Source: Candidatus Methylomirabilota bacterium (GTDB lineage: Bacteria; Methylomirabilota; Methylomirabilia; Rokubacteriales; CSP1-6). Taken from it: a DNA stretch of 64,000 nucleotides. The notes under the pieces were generated by a model. It worked only from the letters and a program-made list of their open reading frames with translations. It did no database searches and was not told the DNA's origin. Of this stretch, positions 8,292 to 17,168 are shown in pieces (the first letter of the stretch is position 1; the number at the start of each line of letters is the position of its first letter). Made by a program: the position numbers and the translations under genes. The DNA lies in assembly GCA_036397135.1 (NCBI GenBank), contig DASWJN010000069.1, positions 1,500-65,499 of the forward strand. Direction: 5' to 3'.

Positions 8292-10223
8292 ATGAAGCCG
8301 CTCGATCCCGCCGCCCGGGTGTCGCGCCCCGAGTTCGACGTGCACCTGACCGAGAACGTGCCGGTGCCCATGCGCGACGGCGTGCGCCTGGCCACCGACG
8401 TCTATCGTCCGGCCCGCGACGGGCGGCCCGTGTCCGATCGGCGCCCGGTCCTCCTGCATCGCACGCCCTACAACAAGACGGAGACCGAGGCCACGCTCGG
8501 CCAGTGCCGCTGGTTCGCCGCGCGCGGCTGGGTGGTGGTCAACCAGGACTGCCGCGGCTGCTTCCGCTCCGAGGGCGAGGTGAACTTCCTGGCGCCCGAG
8601 GCCGAGGACGGCGCCGACACGATCGCGTGGATCCGCCGCCGGGAGTGGGCGAACGGGACGGTGGGCTCCTTCGGCACCTCGTGGTCGGGCTGGACGCAGA
8701 CCGCCATGGCCGCGCTGGGGCCCGAGGGCCTCGCGACGATGGTGCCGAACATGAGCGGCGCCGATGCCCACGAGAGCTCGGTCCGGCACGGCGGCGCCCT
8801 CGAGCTGCGCTTCCTCGCCTGGGCTTTCTGGCACTCGGCGTACAACACCCGGGCCGCGCTCGAGACCTCGCCCGCCGTCACGCCCGCGCTCAACGTGGGC
8901 GCCCCGCCGTTCTCGGACTGGCTCCAGCGCATGCCCATCCGGCCGGGCCAGACCCAGCTCGCGCTGGTGCCGCCCTACGAGAAATGGGCGCTGGAGATCC
9001 TCACCCGCGCGGACTACGACGACTACTGGAAGCACCCGAGCCTCAACCCGCGGCTGCACTGGGACCGGTTCCCCGACATGCCGATCCTCTTCGTGGGCGG
9101 CTGGTACGACTCGTACACGCGGGCGACCTTCCAGAACTTCGTCGGCCTCCAGGCGGGCGGGCGGCGGACGGTTCGCGCGCTCGTCGGCCCGTGGACGCAC
9201 GGGGCGAGGACCGCGGAGCTGTCCCACGCCGGCGACGTGGAGTTCGGGCGCGAGGCGGCGCTGCCGAGCTTCGACGAGGTGCATCTGCGCTGGTTCGACC
9301 GGTGGCTGCGCGGCGTGGACAACGGCCTGGACGGCGAGGCGCCGCTGCGCATCTTCGTGATGGGCGGTGGCTCGGGGCGGCGCTCGGGCGCCGGCCGGCT
9401 CGTGCACGGCGGGCGCTGGCGCGACGAGCGCGAGTGGCCGCTGGCGCGCACGCGATTCACCGAATTCCACCTGCACGGCGACGGGTCGCTCCGTCCCGAG
9501 CCGCCGCGCGAGGAGCGCTCGTCCACCGCCTACAGCTTCGATCCCGCCCACCCGGTGCCGTCCATCGGCGGCAACGTCTCGTCGCTGCGCGACGTGCTGC
9601 CGCTGCCGGCCGGCATCGCGGATCCGAGCTACGCCGGGCGGGGCGAGCGGACGGCGGACGTCATGGCCCCGGGCGGCTTCGACCAGCGCGAGGGGCCGGC
9701 CTTTCATGGCTGCCGCCCGCCGTACCTGCCGCTCGGCTCCCGCCCCGACGTCCTCGTCTTTCAGACGGAGCCTCTGCGGGAGCCGACCGAGGTGACCGGG
9801 CCCATCGAGGTCGTCCTGTGGGTCGCGACATCCGCGGCGGACACCGACTTCACGGCCAAGCTCGTCGACGTCTATCCGCCGAGCCCGTGGCATCCGCTCG
9901 GCTACGCGCTCAACCTGACCGACAGCATCGCCCGCCTGCGCTATCGCAACGGCCGCGAGCGCGGGGAGCTCGCGACGCCGGGCGTTCCCGTCCAGGTCAC
10001 CATCACGCTGTACCCGACGAGCAACCTCTTCGTGCCCGGCCACCGGATCCGCCTGGACATCTCCAGCTCGAACCACCCCCGGTTCGACGTCAACCCCAAC
10101 ACGGGCGAGCCGATCGGGCGCGAGCGTCGCCGCGTCGTCGCCGACAACACCGTGTTCCACGAGCGCGGCCGCGCATCCCGGATCGTCCTGCCGATCATCC
10201 CGCTCGAACCGTCACACCCCTGA
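8292..10223 (+). CDS. CocE/NonD family hydrolase (S15 X-Pro dipeptidyl-peptidase-like)
   Basis: 643 aa with HRTPYNKTE, GSFGTSWSGW (nucleophile elbow) and a C-terminal CocE beta-sandwich. Confidence 0.85.
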   Translation: MKPLDPAARVSRPEFDVHLTENVPVPMRDGVRLATDVYRPARDGRPVSDRRPVLLHRTPYNKTETEATLGQCRWFAARGWVVVNQDCRGCFRSEGEVNFLAPEAEDGADTIAWIRRREWANGTVGSFGTSWSGWTQTAMAALGPEGLATMVPNMSGADAHESSVRHGGALELRFLAWAFWHSAYNTRAALETSPAVTPALNVGAPPFSDWLQRMPIRPGQTQLALVPPYEKWALEILTRADYDDYWKHPSLNPRLHWDRFPDMPILFVGGWYDSYTRATFQNFVGLQAGGRRTVRALVGPWTHGARTAELSHAGDVEFGREAALPSFDEVHLRWFDRWLRGVDNGLDGEAPLRIFVMGGGSGRRSGAGRLVHGGRWRDEREWPLARTRFTEFHLHGDGSLRPEPPREERSSTAYSFDPAHPVPSIGGNVSSLRDVLPLPAGIADPSYAGRGERTADVMAPGGFDQREGPAFHGCRPPYLPLGSRPDVLVFQTEPLREPTEVTGPIEVVLWVATSAADTDFTAKLVDVYPPSPWHPLGYALNLTDSIARLRYRNGRERGELATPGVPVQVTITLYPTSNLFVPGHRIRLDISSSNHPRFDVNPNTGEPIGRERRRVVADNTVFHERGRASRIVLPIIPLEPSHP

Positions 10224-10232
10224 GGAGGTCTC

Positions 10233-11147
10233 ATGGCACCGCTCGAAGCTCACGACCCGGGTCTCCACGATCTCGTCGCCTCCGACGCGCCCCTCGACCG
10301 CATCGCCGGCGGGCTCGGCTTCACCGAAGGGCCGGTGTGGCGCGGTGGCGCGCTGCTCTTCAGCGACATCCCGAACAAGCGCATCGTGCGCTGGCGCCGG
10401 CTGCCGGAGGGCCCGGAGCTGACCACCTTCGCCACGGGCACGTCCAACGGCCTGACGCTGGACCGCCAGGGCCGGGTGCTGGCGGCGGAGCACGACGGCC
10501 GCCGCGTGGCCCGCGTCGCCGACGACGGCACGCGCACCGTCCTGGCCGAGCAGTTCCAGGGCAAGCGGCTCAACAGCCCCAACGACATCGTGGTCAGGTC
10601 CGACGGTTCCATCTATTTCACCGACCCGCCGTACGGCGTTCGGCCTGTCGCGCCGGGCACGGTGCGGCCCGCGGGCTGGTGGACCAGGCCGATCGAGGGC
10701 AAGGAGCAGCCGTGTCACGGCGTGTACCGGATCTCGCCCGACGGAACCCTTCACCTGCTGGTGGACGACTTCGCGCTGCCCAACGGCCTGGCCTTCTCGC
10801 CCGACGAATCCGTCCTCTACGTCGACGACTCGGCCCACAAGCATATCCGCGCGCTGGACGTGCGGCCGGACGGCACCCTGACCGGCAGCCGCATCCTGCT
10901 CGACATGGCGTCGGAGGATCCCGGCGTGCCCGACGGCCTCAAGGTGGACGTGCACGGCCACGTGTTCTGCACGGGGCCGGGCGGCGTCTGGGTGTGCCGG
11001 CCGGACGGCGCGTTGCTCGGGCGGATCGTCCTGCCGGAGCTGCCGGCGAACCTGGGCTGGGGCGAGGACGGCAGCGTCCTCTACGTGACGGCGCGCACCA
11101 GCGTCTACCGGCTGCCGACCCGGACGCGCGGGATGTTGCCGGGCTGA
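10233..11147 (+). CDS. SMP-30/gluconolactonase/LRE family protein
   Basis: 304 aa. GFTEGPVW...NGLTLD...SPNDIVV...NGLAFSPDE, a six-bladed propeller lactonase signature. Confidence 0.85.
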   Translation: MAPLEAHDPGLHDLVASDAPLDRIAGGLGFTEGPVWRGGALLFSDIPNKRIVRWRRLPEGPELTTFATGTSNGLTLDRQGRVLAAEHDGRRVARVADDGTRTVLAEQFQGKRLNSPNDIVVRSDGSIYFTDPPYGVRPVAPGTVRPAGWWTRPIEGKEQPCHGVYRISPDGTLHLLVDDFALPNGLAFSPDESVLYVDDSAHKHIRALDVRPDGTLTGSRILLDMASEDPGVPDGLKVDVHGHVFCTGPGGVWVCRPDGALLGRIVLPELPANLGWGEDGSVLYVTARTSVYRLPTRTRGMLPG

Positions 11148-11189
11148 GCGCGTCAACAGCGACAAGGAAAGGGGAGGGCGGTCAACGGA

Positions 11190-11250
11190 GTGCGACTGCA
11201 CTATCTCATCGGCGGCGAGGGCAGCCCGGTGGTCCTGCCGCCGATGCGGC
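11190..11250 (+). pseudogene. 5' remnant of an alpha/beta-hydrolase gene (N-terminal fragment only)
   Basis: GGGGAGGG SD, then GTG 11190 encoding VRLHYLIGGEGSPVVL, the hallmark N-terminus of epoxide-hydrolase/haloalkane-dehalogenase-type alpha/beta hydrolases. It then degenerates into low-complexity sequence overlapping the 3' end of the convergent DMFase gene. Confidence 0.5.
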
Positions 11251-11253
11251 CGG

Positions 11254-13449
11254 TCACCGCCGCATCCGGAAGCGGTCGATCACGTTCTCGAGAATGCGCG
11301 AGACGTTGTTGTCGTAGCGGTTGTGCGACAGGCTGCCGCAGAAGGTGATGGACCCCACGGCGAAGATGGCGCCGCCGCCGGGCAGCTCGGCGTAGGTCAT
11401 GTCCGCCCGCAGCAGGCGGGCGGGCGGATCGCCCGTGACGGTCGAGATGTGGGAGAGCAGCTCCTCGGGGACCACGATGAAGCTCGGGCCGTGCCCCTCG
11501 GAGCTGGCGATCGTGATCGCGCCGGCGGGCGTGCCGAGTCGCGGGTCGGCCCGGTCGAGCTCGAACCCCGCCGCGCCTCCGCCCGACAGTCCGAAATCGC
11601 CGATGATGTCGTCCTTGACCCCGTCGAGGATCCACGCGGCCCGGGGGTCGTCGGCGCCGGGCTGGCGGCGATAGTACGAGCCCTCGAACAGCCCCTGCGC
11701 CGAGAAGCCGACGGCGGCGAGCTGCTGCGGCGGCCGCCCGTTGCGCCGCCAGAGCCCGCCGTAGGCGCCGTCGAGCGCGTGATAGTACTCGCCCACCTGG
11801 GCGTCCCAGGTCCGGATGCCGCCCTCGGCGCGCCGCACCTCGAGGACGCCGGGCACGGCCGGGCTGGTGGCGATGCGCCAGTAGAAGCCGTTGCCGCCGA
11901 GGTAGATCAGGCGCCCGCCGCCGTCGAGGTAGCCCGCGTGGGCGTCGAGCGTGCGGGCGGTGTGGTACTCGGGGTGGGAGCCGGTCAGCACGGTCGCGTA
12001 GGGAGCGAGCAGGGCCGAGCCCTCGGCGTCGACGTCCTCGTCGGTGACGACGTCGTGGCGGATGCCCTGCGCGTCGAGCCAGCCGAGCAGGTGCGTGTCG
12101 GCCGGGTAGTGACGCAGGCCCGAGCCGCGCGCGTCGTGGAAGGTGAGATAGCGCGGCCGGAAGGTCAGCACCGGACGCAGCCGCGAGGAGTAGCAGATGC
12201 CGCTGCCGTCGCGGTGCCGGTTGTAGGTCGACCGGCCGTACTCGGGATGATCGTCCGCGTTGTGCGGGTAGGCGCCCCAGGCGGCGATGCGCGCGCGGAA
12301 GGCGTCGTCCAGGCTGCTGCGGGCGTGATTGGCGTAGGCCTGGTAGGTGTAGGTCGACGCGATGAAGAGCACGTCCGCCCCCGGACGTCCGCGGGGCGGG
12401 CGCACGTAGAACGGCAGCTCGTCCGCGTGGCCCTCGGCGGCCAGGCGCATGACGTAGGCGCCGCTCGGCAGGTCCTCGGGCACCGTGAACTCGAAGTCGG
12501 TCGCCCAGCCGGCGTCGTGGAGGTCGTCGTCGTGGAAGTGAATGGCCGCGTACTCGCGCGGCGCGTGCCGCCAGCACATCTCGCGTCCCGTCCAGCGGGC
12601 GCCGGTGACCGCGCGGGTGGGCAGGTTGACCAGCCGCCCGCCGAGCCGGTGGGGGCCGACGTCGACGACGTCGAGCCCCTCGATGCCCTGCGAGAAGTCC
12701 CAGCCCGCCACCAAGCCGTCGGGCGGCAGCAGGGGATCGAGCACCAGCGCCTCCGGCGCCGCTGCCGCGACGGCGAGCAGCATGGGGTCCTCGATCCTGC
12801 CGTTGAAGTGCTCGCACGCGTCGGGCGCCAGGCGCGCGCCGAGCAGCAGCGGGACCGCCGCGTCGAGCCGGGCGCCGCGCGGCAACGGCGCCGTCACCTC
12901 GTGGCGCTCGCCCCGGGCGCCGCCGGCGAGCGAGGCGTGGCCGGCGCGCAGCGTGTCCGCCTCCGGGTCGGCCACCAGCCAGACCCGGTACCACCGGCGA
13001 AGCGTCAGGGGGCGCGCCGTGGCGAGCGCGAGCGGCGCGCCGCCGGGAACGCCGACGCGCGCGGTGACGCCGCCGGGGCCCACCGACAGCGCCCACCCCG
13101 CGCCGCCCGCCTCGTCCCAGCGCGAGACCACGCACTGCTCGCCGCGGGCCAGCGTCGGCCAGACCAGGGCGGTCACGGTGAGCGGGCCGGCGGTGCGCAG
13201 CGCGGCGGCACCGTCGACGCGCGCGTGGGAGCCCAGCGCGATCGGCTGCACGCGCGAGGGCCGCTCGATGGCAAAGCGATGAACGAGGTCCTCGACCTTC
13301 ACGCCGGGCCCGGCCGGGTTGGGATCGGCGTGCACCACGCGCGCCAGGCTGGCGCGATAGGGACCGGCCGCGGCGCTCGAGATCTTGAAGGCGAGACGCT
13401 CGCCGGCCGCGGCCGAGAGCCGGTCGGTGTAGCCGGTCAGCGGGATCAC
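11254..13449 (-). CDS. N,N-dimethylformamidase large (beta) subunit family protein
   Basis: GTG start (RC 13447-13449) encoding VIPLTGYTDRLSAAAGERLAFKISS..., then FIASTYTYQAYANH, LIYLGGNGFYWRIA and a C-terminal ...FAVGSITFCGSL. Full-length match to the DmfA2-like family (~731 aa). The remainder of the 1507-aa track ORF is antisense read-through. Confidence 0.8.
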   Translation of the reverse strand: MIPLTGYTDRLSAAAGERLAFKISSAAAGPYRASLARVVHADPNPAGPGVKVEDLVHRFAIERPSRVQPIALGSHARVDGAAALRTAGPLTVTALVWPTLARGEQCVVSRWDEAGGAGWALSVGPGGVTARVGVPGGAPLALATARPLTLRRWYRVWLVADPEADTLRAGHASLAGGARGERHEVTAPLPRGARLDAAVPLLLGARLAPDACEHFNGRIEDPMLLAVAAAAPEALVLDPLLPPDGLVAGWDFSQGIEGLDVVDVGPHRLGGRLVNLPTRAVTGARWTGREMCWRHAPREYAAIHFHDDDLHDAGWATDFEFTVPEDLPSGAYVMRLAAEGHADELPFYVRPPRGRPGADVLFIASTYTYQAYANHARSSLDDAFRARIAAWGAYPHNADDHPEYGRSTYNRHRDGSGICYSSRLRPVLTFRPRYLTFHDARGSGLRHYPADTHLLGWLDAQGIRHDVVTDEDVDAEGSALLAPYATVLTGSHPEYHTARTLDAHAGYLDGGGRLIYLGGNGFYWRIATSPAVPGVLEVRRAEGGIRTWDAQVGEYYHALDGAYGGLWRRNGRPPQQLAAVGFSAQGLFEGSYYRRQPGADDPRAAWILDGVKDDIIGDFGLSGGGAAGFELDRADPRLGTPAGAITIASSEGHGPSFIVVPEELLSHISTVTGDPPARLLRADMTYAELPGGGAIFAVGSITFCGSLSHNRYDNNVSRILENVIDRFRMRR

Positions 13450-13563
13450 GGCAGGCCGGATTCTAGCATTGGCTTTACCTTTCCCCCGGGGCTGGTGTAT
13501 CGTCCCTCCACATTCGCCCGGGCCGCTGCCGTCCCGTCGCACAGTTCGAAGGAGGATACCCTT

Positions 13564-15096
13564 ATGAGGCGTTGGTTCCCCGGCCTTCTGACCCTGGCTC
13601 TCGCCGCGCTCGTCGCCATGCCGACCGGCGTTGCCGCGCAGGGCAAGGACACGCTCACCGTCGCGCTGCCGTCGCACGCGCCGACCCTGGACCCCCACAT
13701 GCACTTCGAGCGGGTCGGCATCCTGGTCAACATCAACATGTTCGACTCGCTCTTGCACCGCTCCGCCAAGCTCGAGTTCGAGCCCTCGCTGGCCCTGTCG
13801 TGGAAGGCGCTGAACGACACGACGTGGGAGTTCAAGCTCCGCAAGGGCGTCAAGTTCCACGACGGCTCGACCATGACCGCCGAGGACGTGAAGTTCTCCT
13901 TCGACCGGGTGCTGGAGCCGGGCAAGGAGAAGAAGAAGTCGCCCCAGTACGGCAACGTGCGGGCGATCAAGGAAGTGAGGATCGTCAACCCGGACACGAT
14001 CCACCTGTTCACCGACAAGCCCTTCCCCCTGCTGCTCGAGCGCCTGGTGTTCTTCCCCATCGTCCCCAGGAAGCACCTCGAGAAGGTGGGTGACGAGGCG
14101 TTCGGCAGCACGGCCGCCGTGGGCACCGGCCCCTGGAAGCTCGTGGAGTGGAAGCGCGACCAGCACATCCGGCTGGAGGCCTTCGACCAGCACTGGCGCG
14201 GGAAGCCGGCGTTCAAGCACCTCGTCTTCCGAGCGATCCCCGAGGTGGCGACCTCGGTGGCCGAGCTCAAGACGGGCGGCGTCGACATCATCCGCAACGT
14301 CAACGCCGATCTCCTCCCCGACCTCAAGGCCCATCCGCTGACGCGCATCAGCACGACGCCGATCCTGCGCGTGCACTACATCATGCTCGACATGCGGAGC
14401 GCGCCGTTCGACAAGAAGGCCGCCCGCCAGGCCGCCAACTACGCCATCGACCGGCAGGCGATGATCCAGAAGATGATGGCAGGCCTGGGGCAGCAGGTGG
14501 CCACGGTCGTCCAGCCGGCCGCCTTCGGGCACGATCCGTCCGTGCAGCCGTACACGTACGATCCGAAGAAGGCCAGGGAGCTGCTCGCCCAGGCCGGCTA
14601 CCCGAACGGCGTCGACATCACCCTGCACAGCGCCGCGGTGGACTGGCGCCCGCACTTCGAGGCCCTGGGCCAGATGTTCACGGAGGTCGGGCTCCGGACG
14701 ACCGTGAAGATGTGGGACCCGGGCCCGGCCTGGAACAAGTTCTTCCAGGGGGAGGGCAAGGCGGCCAACGGCGCGTACGGCAGCTGGGGCAACTACTCCG
14801 TGTTCGACGCCGACGCCGTGCTGCACCCGCTCTATCACACCGAGCCCGGCGGCTGGATCGGCAAGCACTACGCGCGGGTGGAGGGTCTCGACAAGCTCGT
14901 CGACGAGGCTCGCTCGATCGTCGACCAGCCCCGACGCAAGCAGATCTACGCGCGGATCCAGGCCATGCTCCGCGAGGAGGCGCCGTCGGTCTTCCTGTGG
15001 ACGCAGAACGACACGCTCGGCATCTCCCGCAAGGTCGCCTACGAGGCGCGCCCCGACGAGTGGCTGTGGCTCTTCGCGGCCAAGCCGCAGAACTGA
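13564..15096 (+). CDS. ABC transporter substrate-binding protein, family 5 (DppA/OppA-like)
   Basis: AAGGAGG SD, then ATG 13564 encoding MRRWFPGLLTLALAALVAMPTGVAAQ (signal peptide). Cluster-C SBP motifs follow. Confidence 0.85.
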   Translation: MRRWFPGLLTLALAALVAMPTGVAAQGKDTLTVALPSHAPTLDPHMHFERVGILVNINMFDSLLHRSAKLEFEPSLALSWKALNDTTWEFKLRKGVKFHDGSTMTAEDVKFSFDRVLEPGKEKKKSPQYGNVRAIKEVRIVNPDTIHLFTDKPFPLLLERLVFFPIVPRKHLEKVGDEAFGSTAAVGTGPWKLVEWKRDQHIRLEAFDQHWRGKPAFKHLVFRAIPEVATSVAELKTGGVDIIRNVNADLLPDLKAHPLTRISTTPILRVHYIMLDMRSAPFDKKAARQAANYAIDRQAMIQKMMAGLGQQVATVVQPAAFGHDPSVQPYTYDPKKARELLAQAGYPNGVDITLHSAAVDWRPHFEALGQMFTEVGLRTTVKMWDPGPAWNKFFQGEGKAANGAYGSWGNYSVFDADAVLHPLYHTEPGGWIGKHYARVEGLDKLVDEARSIVDQPRRKQIYARIQAMLREEAPSVFLWTQNDTLGISRKVAYEARPDEWLWLFAAKPQN

Positions 15097-15117
15097 GGCG
15101 CTGAGGGAGGAGGCGCC

Positions 15118-16032
15118 GTGTCGGCGTTCCTGGTGCGGCGCCTCCTTCGGTTCGTCGTCGTCTGCATCGGCGTCTCCCTCGTCACCTTCGCCATCCTCCA
15201 CGCCAGCGGCGACCCGGTGGCCTTGATCATGCCGGAGGCGCCCGAGGCCGATCGCGCCATGCTCCGGGAGGCGCTGGGACTCTCCGATCCGCTGCCGACG
15301 CAGTTCGTCCGCTTCGTCGCCAACGCGACGCGTGGCGACTTCGGCAACTCGTTCTTCCACCGCGAGCCGGCGTTCGCCCTCGTCATCGAGCGCATGCCGA
15401 CGACGCTCGCGCTCACCTGCCTCGCCGTCCTGCTGGCGCTCGCGGTCGCCCTGCCCGTCGGCATCTACAGCGCCGTGCGGCGCAACACGCTCCTGGACCA
15501 CGTGGCGACGGTGGTCGTCTTCCTCGGGCAGTCCATGCCGGTGTTCTGGATCGGCATCATGCTCATGCTGCTCTTCGCGGTGCAGTGGCGGCTGCTGCCG
15601 GTCTCCGGCTGGGAGTCGTGGGCGTCGATGGTGCTGCCGGCGGTGACCCTGGGCGCCTTCACCATGCCGCTGTTCATGCGGCTCGTTCGCTCTAGCATGC
15701 TGGAGGTCATCAACCTCGACTACGTGCGGACGGCCCGGGCCAAGGGGGTGTCGGAATGGCTGGTGGTCTGCCGCCACGCGCTGCGGAACGCGGCGCTGCC
15801 GATCGTCACCGTGATCGGCCTGCAGTTCGGGCTCCTGCTCGGCGGGGCCGTGCTGACGGAGACGGTGTTCGCGGTCCCCGGCGTCGGGCGCCTGATCGTC
15901 GGGGCGATCCGGCAGCTCGATTTTCCGATCGTGCAGGCCGGCGTGTTCCTGCTCGCGATCATCATCGTGACCGTCAACTTCCTGGTGGACGTGCTGTACG
16001 TCTACCTGAACCCGACGATCCGGCTGCGCTGA
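15118..16032 (+). CDS. ABC transporter permease (DppB/OppB-like)
   Basis: GTG start after GAGGGAGGAGG. Six TM segments with the EAA-like motif region. Confidence 0.85.
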   Translation: MSAFLVRRLLRFVVVCIGVSLVTFAILHASGDPVALIMPEAPEADRAMLREALGLSDPLPTQFVRFVANATRGDFGNSFFHREPAFALVIERMPTTLALTCLAVLLALAVALPVGIYSAVRRNTLLDHVATVVVFLGQSMPVFWIGIMLMLLFAVQWRLLPVSGWESWASMVLPAVTLGAFTMPLFMRLVRSSMLEVINLDYVRTARAKGVSEWLVVCRHALRNAALPIVTVIGLQFGLLLGGAVLTETVFAVPGVGRLIVGAIRQLDFPIVQAGVFLLAIIIVTVNFLVDVLYVYLNPTIRLR

Positions 16033-16937
16033 TGGCCGTCACGTTCCCGCGCGAGACGCTCGCGTACGACGCGTCGGCGCCGGTGGCGTCCGGCTCGCGC
16101 GCCTGGCGCCGGTTCGCCTTCAACCCGGCGGCGCTGGCGGGGACGCTGATCCTCCTCGTCGTCGTGGGCGCGGCGCTGGCCGCTCCCTGGGTGGCGCCCC
16201 ACGATCCGGCCAAGCAGACGCTGCTGCGGCGCTTCACCCCGCCGGTGTGGCAGGCCGGGGGCAACGCCGCGCATCCGCTCGGCACCGACCAGGTCGGCCG
16301 TGACGTGCTGAGCCGGATCATCCACGGCGCCCGCATCTCGCTGCTCGTCGGCGTGGCGGCGGTCGTCGTCAGCCTCCTCGTGGGCGTCACCGCGGGCCTG
16401 ATCAGCGGCTTCGTCGGCGGCAAGGTGGACACCGTCATCGGCACCATCGTCGACGTCACCCTGTCGTTTCCCCAGATCCTCCTCGCGCTCGCCTTCGTGG
16501 CCGCGCTGGGCCCGAGTCTCGTCACCATCATCGTCGTGCTCGGCCTCACCGGCTGGGAGCGCTACACGCGCATCGTGCGGGCCGAGGTGATGGCGCTGCG
16601 CGAGAAGGAGTTCGTGGAGGCGGCGCGGGCGATCGGGGTGGGCCGGCTGCGCATCATCTTCCGGCACGTGCTGCCCAACACGGTGTCCTCGATCGTGGTG
16701 CTGTCCACCCTGCAGGTGGCGCAGGCCATCCTGGCGGAGGCGGCGCTGTCGTTCCTCGGCGTGGGGTCCGGGCGCGCCTACCCGACGTGGGGCCAGATGA
16801 TCTCCCTGGGGCGCGACTTCGTGACCGTCGCCTGGTGGCTTCCGACGCTCCCCGGGCTCGCGATCCTCCTTACCGTGCTGGCGATCAACCTCGTGGGCGA
16901 CCGGCTGCGCGACGCCCTGGACCCGCGGGCGACGTGA
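16032..16937 (+). CDS. ABC transporter permease (DppC/OppC-like)
   Basis: ATG 16032 overlaps the previous stop (TGATG), encoding MAVTFPRETLAYDAS... No ATPase genes follow. Confidence 0.85.
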   Translation: MAVTFPRETLAYDASAPVASGSRAWRRFAFNPAALAGTLILLVVVGAALAAPWVAPHDPAKQTLLRRFTPPVWQAGGNAAHPLGTDQVGRDVLSRIIHGARISLLVGVAAVVVSLLVGVTAGLISGFVGGKVDTVIGTIVDVTLSFPQILLALAFVAALGPSLVTIIVVLGLTGWERYTRIVRAEVMALREKEFVEAARAIGVGRLRIIFRHVLPNTVSSIVVLSTLQVAQAILAEAALSFLGVGSGRAYPTWGQMISLGRDFVTVAWWLPTLPGLAILLTVLAINLVGDRLRDALDPRAT

Positions 16938-16980
16938 TCGGGGTGGCGGAGGGCGTGGCGCCGGCCGGGATCCGGGGAAC

Positions 16981-17076
16981 GAAGCTGGTCGGGAGCACCC
17001 GCATGCCCAGCCGCGTGTAGCGCTCGACGTTGCCCGCGGCCTCGGCGCGCGTGGTGACGCGCGGCACCACGATGCC
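16981..17076 (-). pseudogene. internal fragment of an HpcH/HpaI-aldolase (PEP-utilizing/citrate-lyase beta) family gene
   Basis: The reverse strand encodes GIVVPRVTTRAEAAGNVERYTRLGMRVLPTSF, matching the conserved ...IMVPMVETAEEA...YPPLGIRG core. It is an isolated fragment without a start or the remaining domain. Confidence 0.4.
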
Positions 17077-17168
17077 CTGACGCCCCGATCGCCCGGCGGC
17101 GCCCCCGCCAAGGCCTCCCAGGGGTACGAGCCCAGCCCATATATGCTGGAGTCCGGAGCCATGGACGA

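Noticed and set aside
8504-11317. 937-aa plus-strand ORF and many nested Arg/Pro-rich ORFs over the CocE/SMP-30 region
   Set aside because: It is an alternative frame of real genes, with low-complexity RPGR-rich sequence and no domain signal. Long open frames are expected in all frames at ~70% GC.
11323-13563. N-terminal ~740 aa of the 1257-aa plus-strand ORF preceding the SBP
   Set aside because: This is antisense read-through of the DMFase gene. Only the part from ATG 13564 (with an AAGGAGG SD and a signal peptide) is the real SBP gene.
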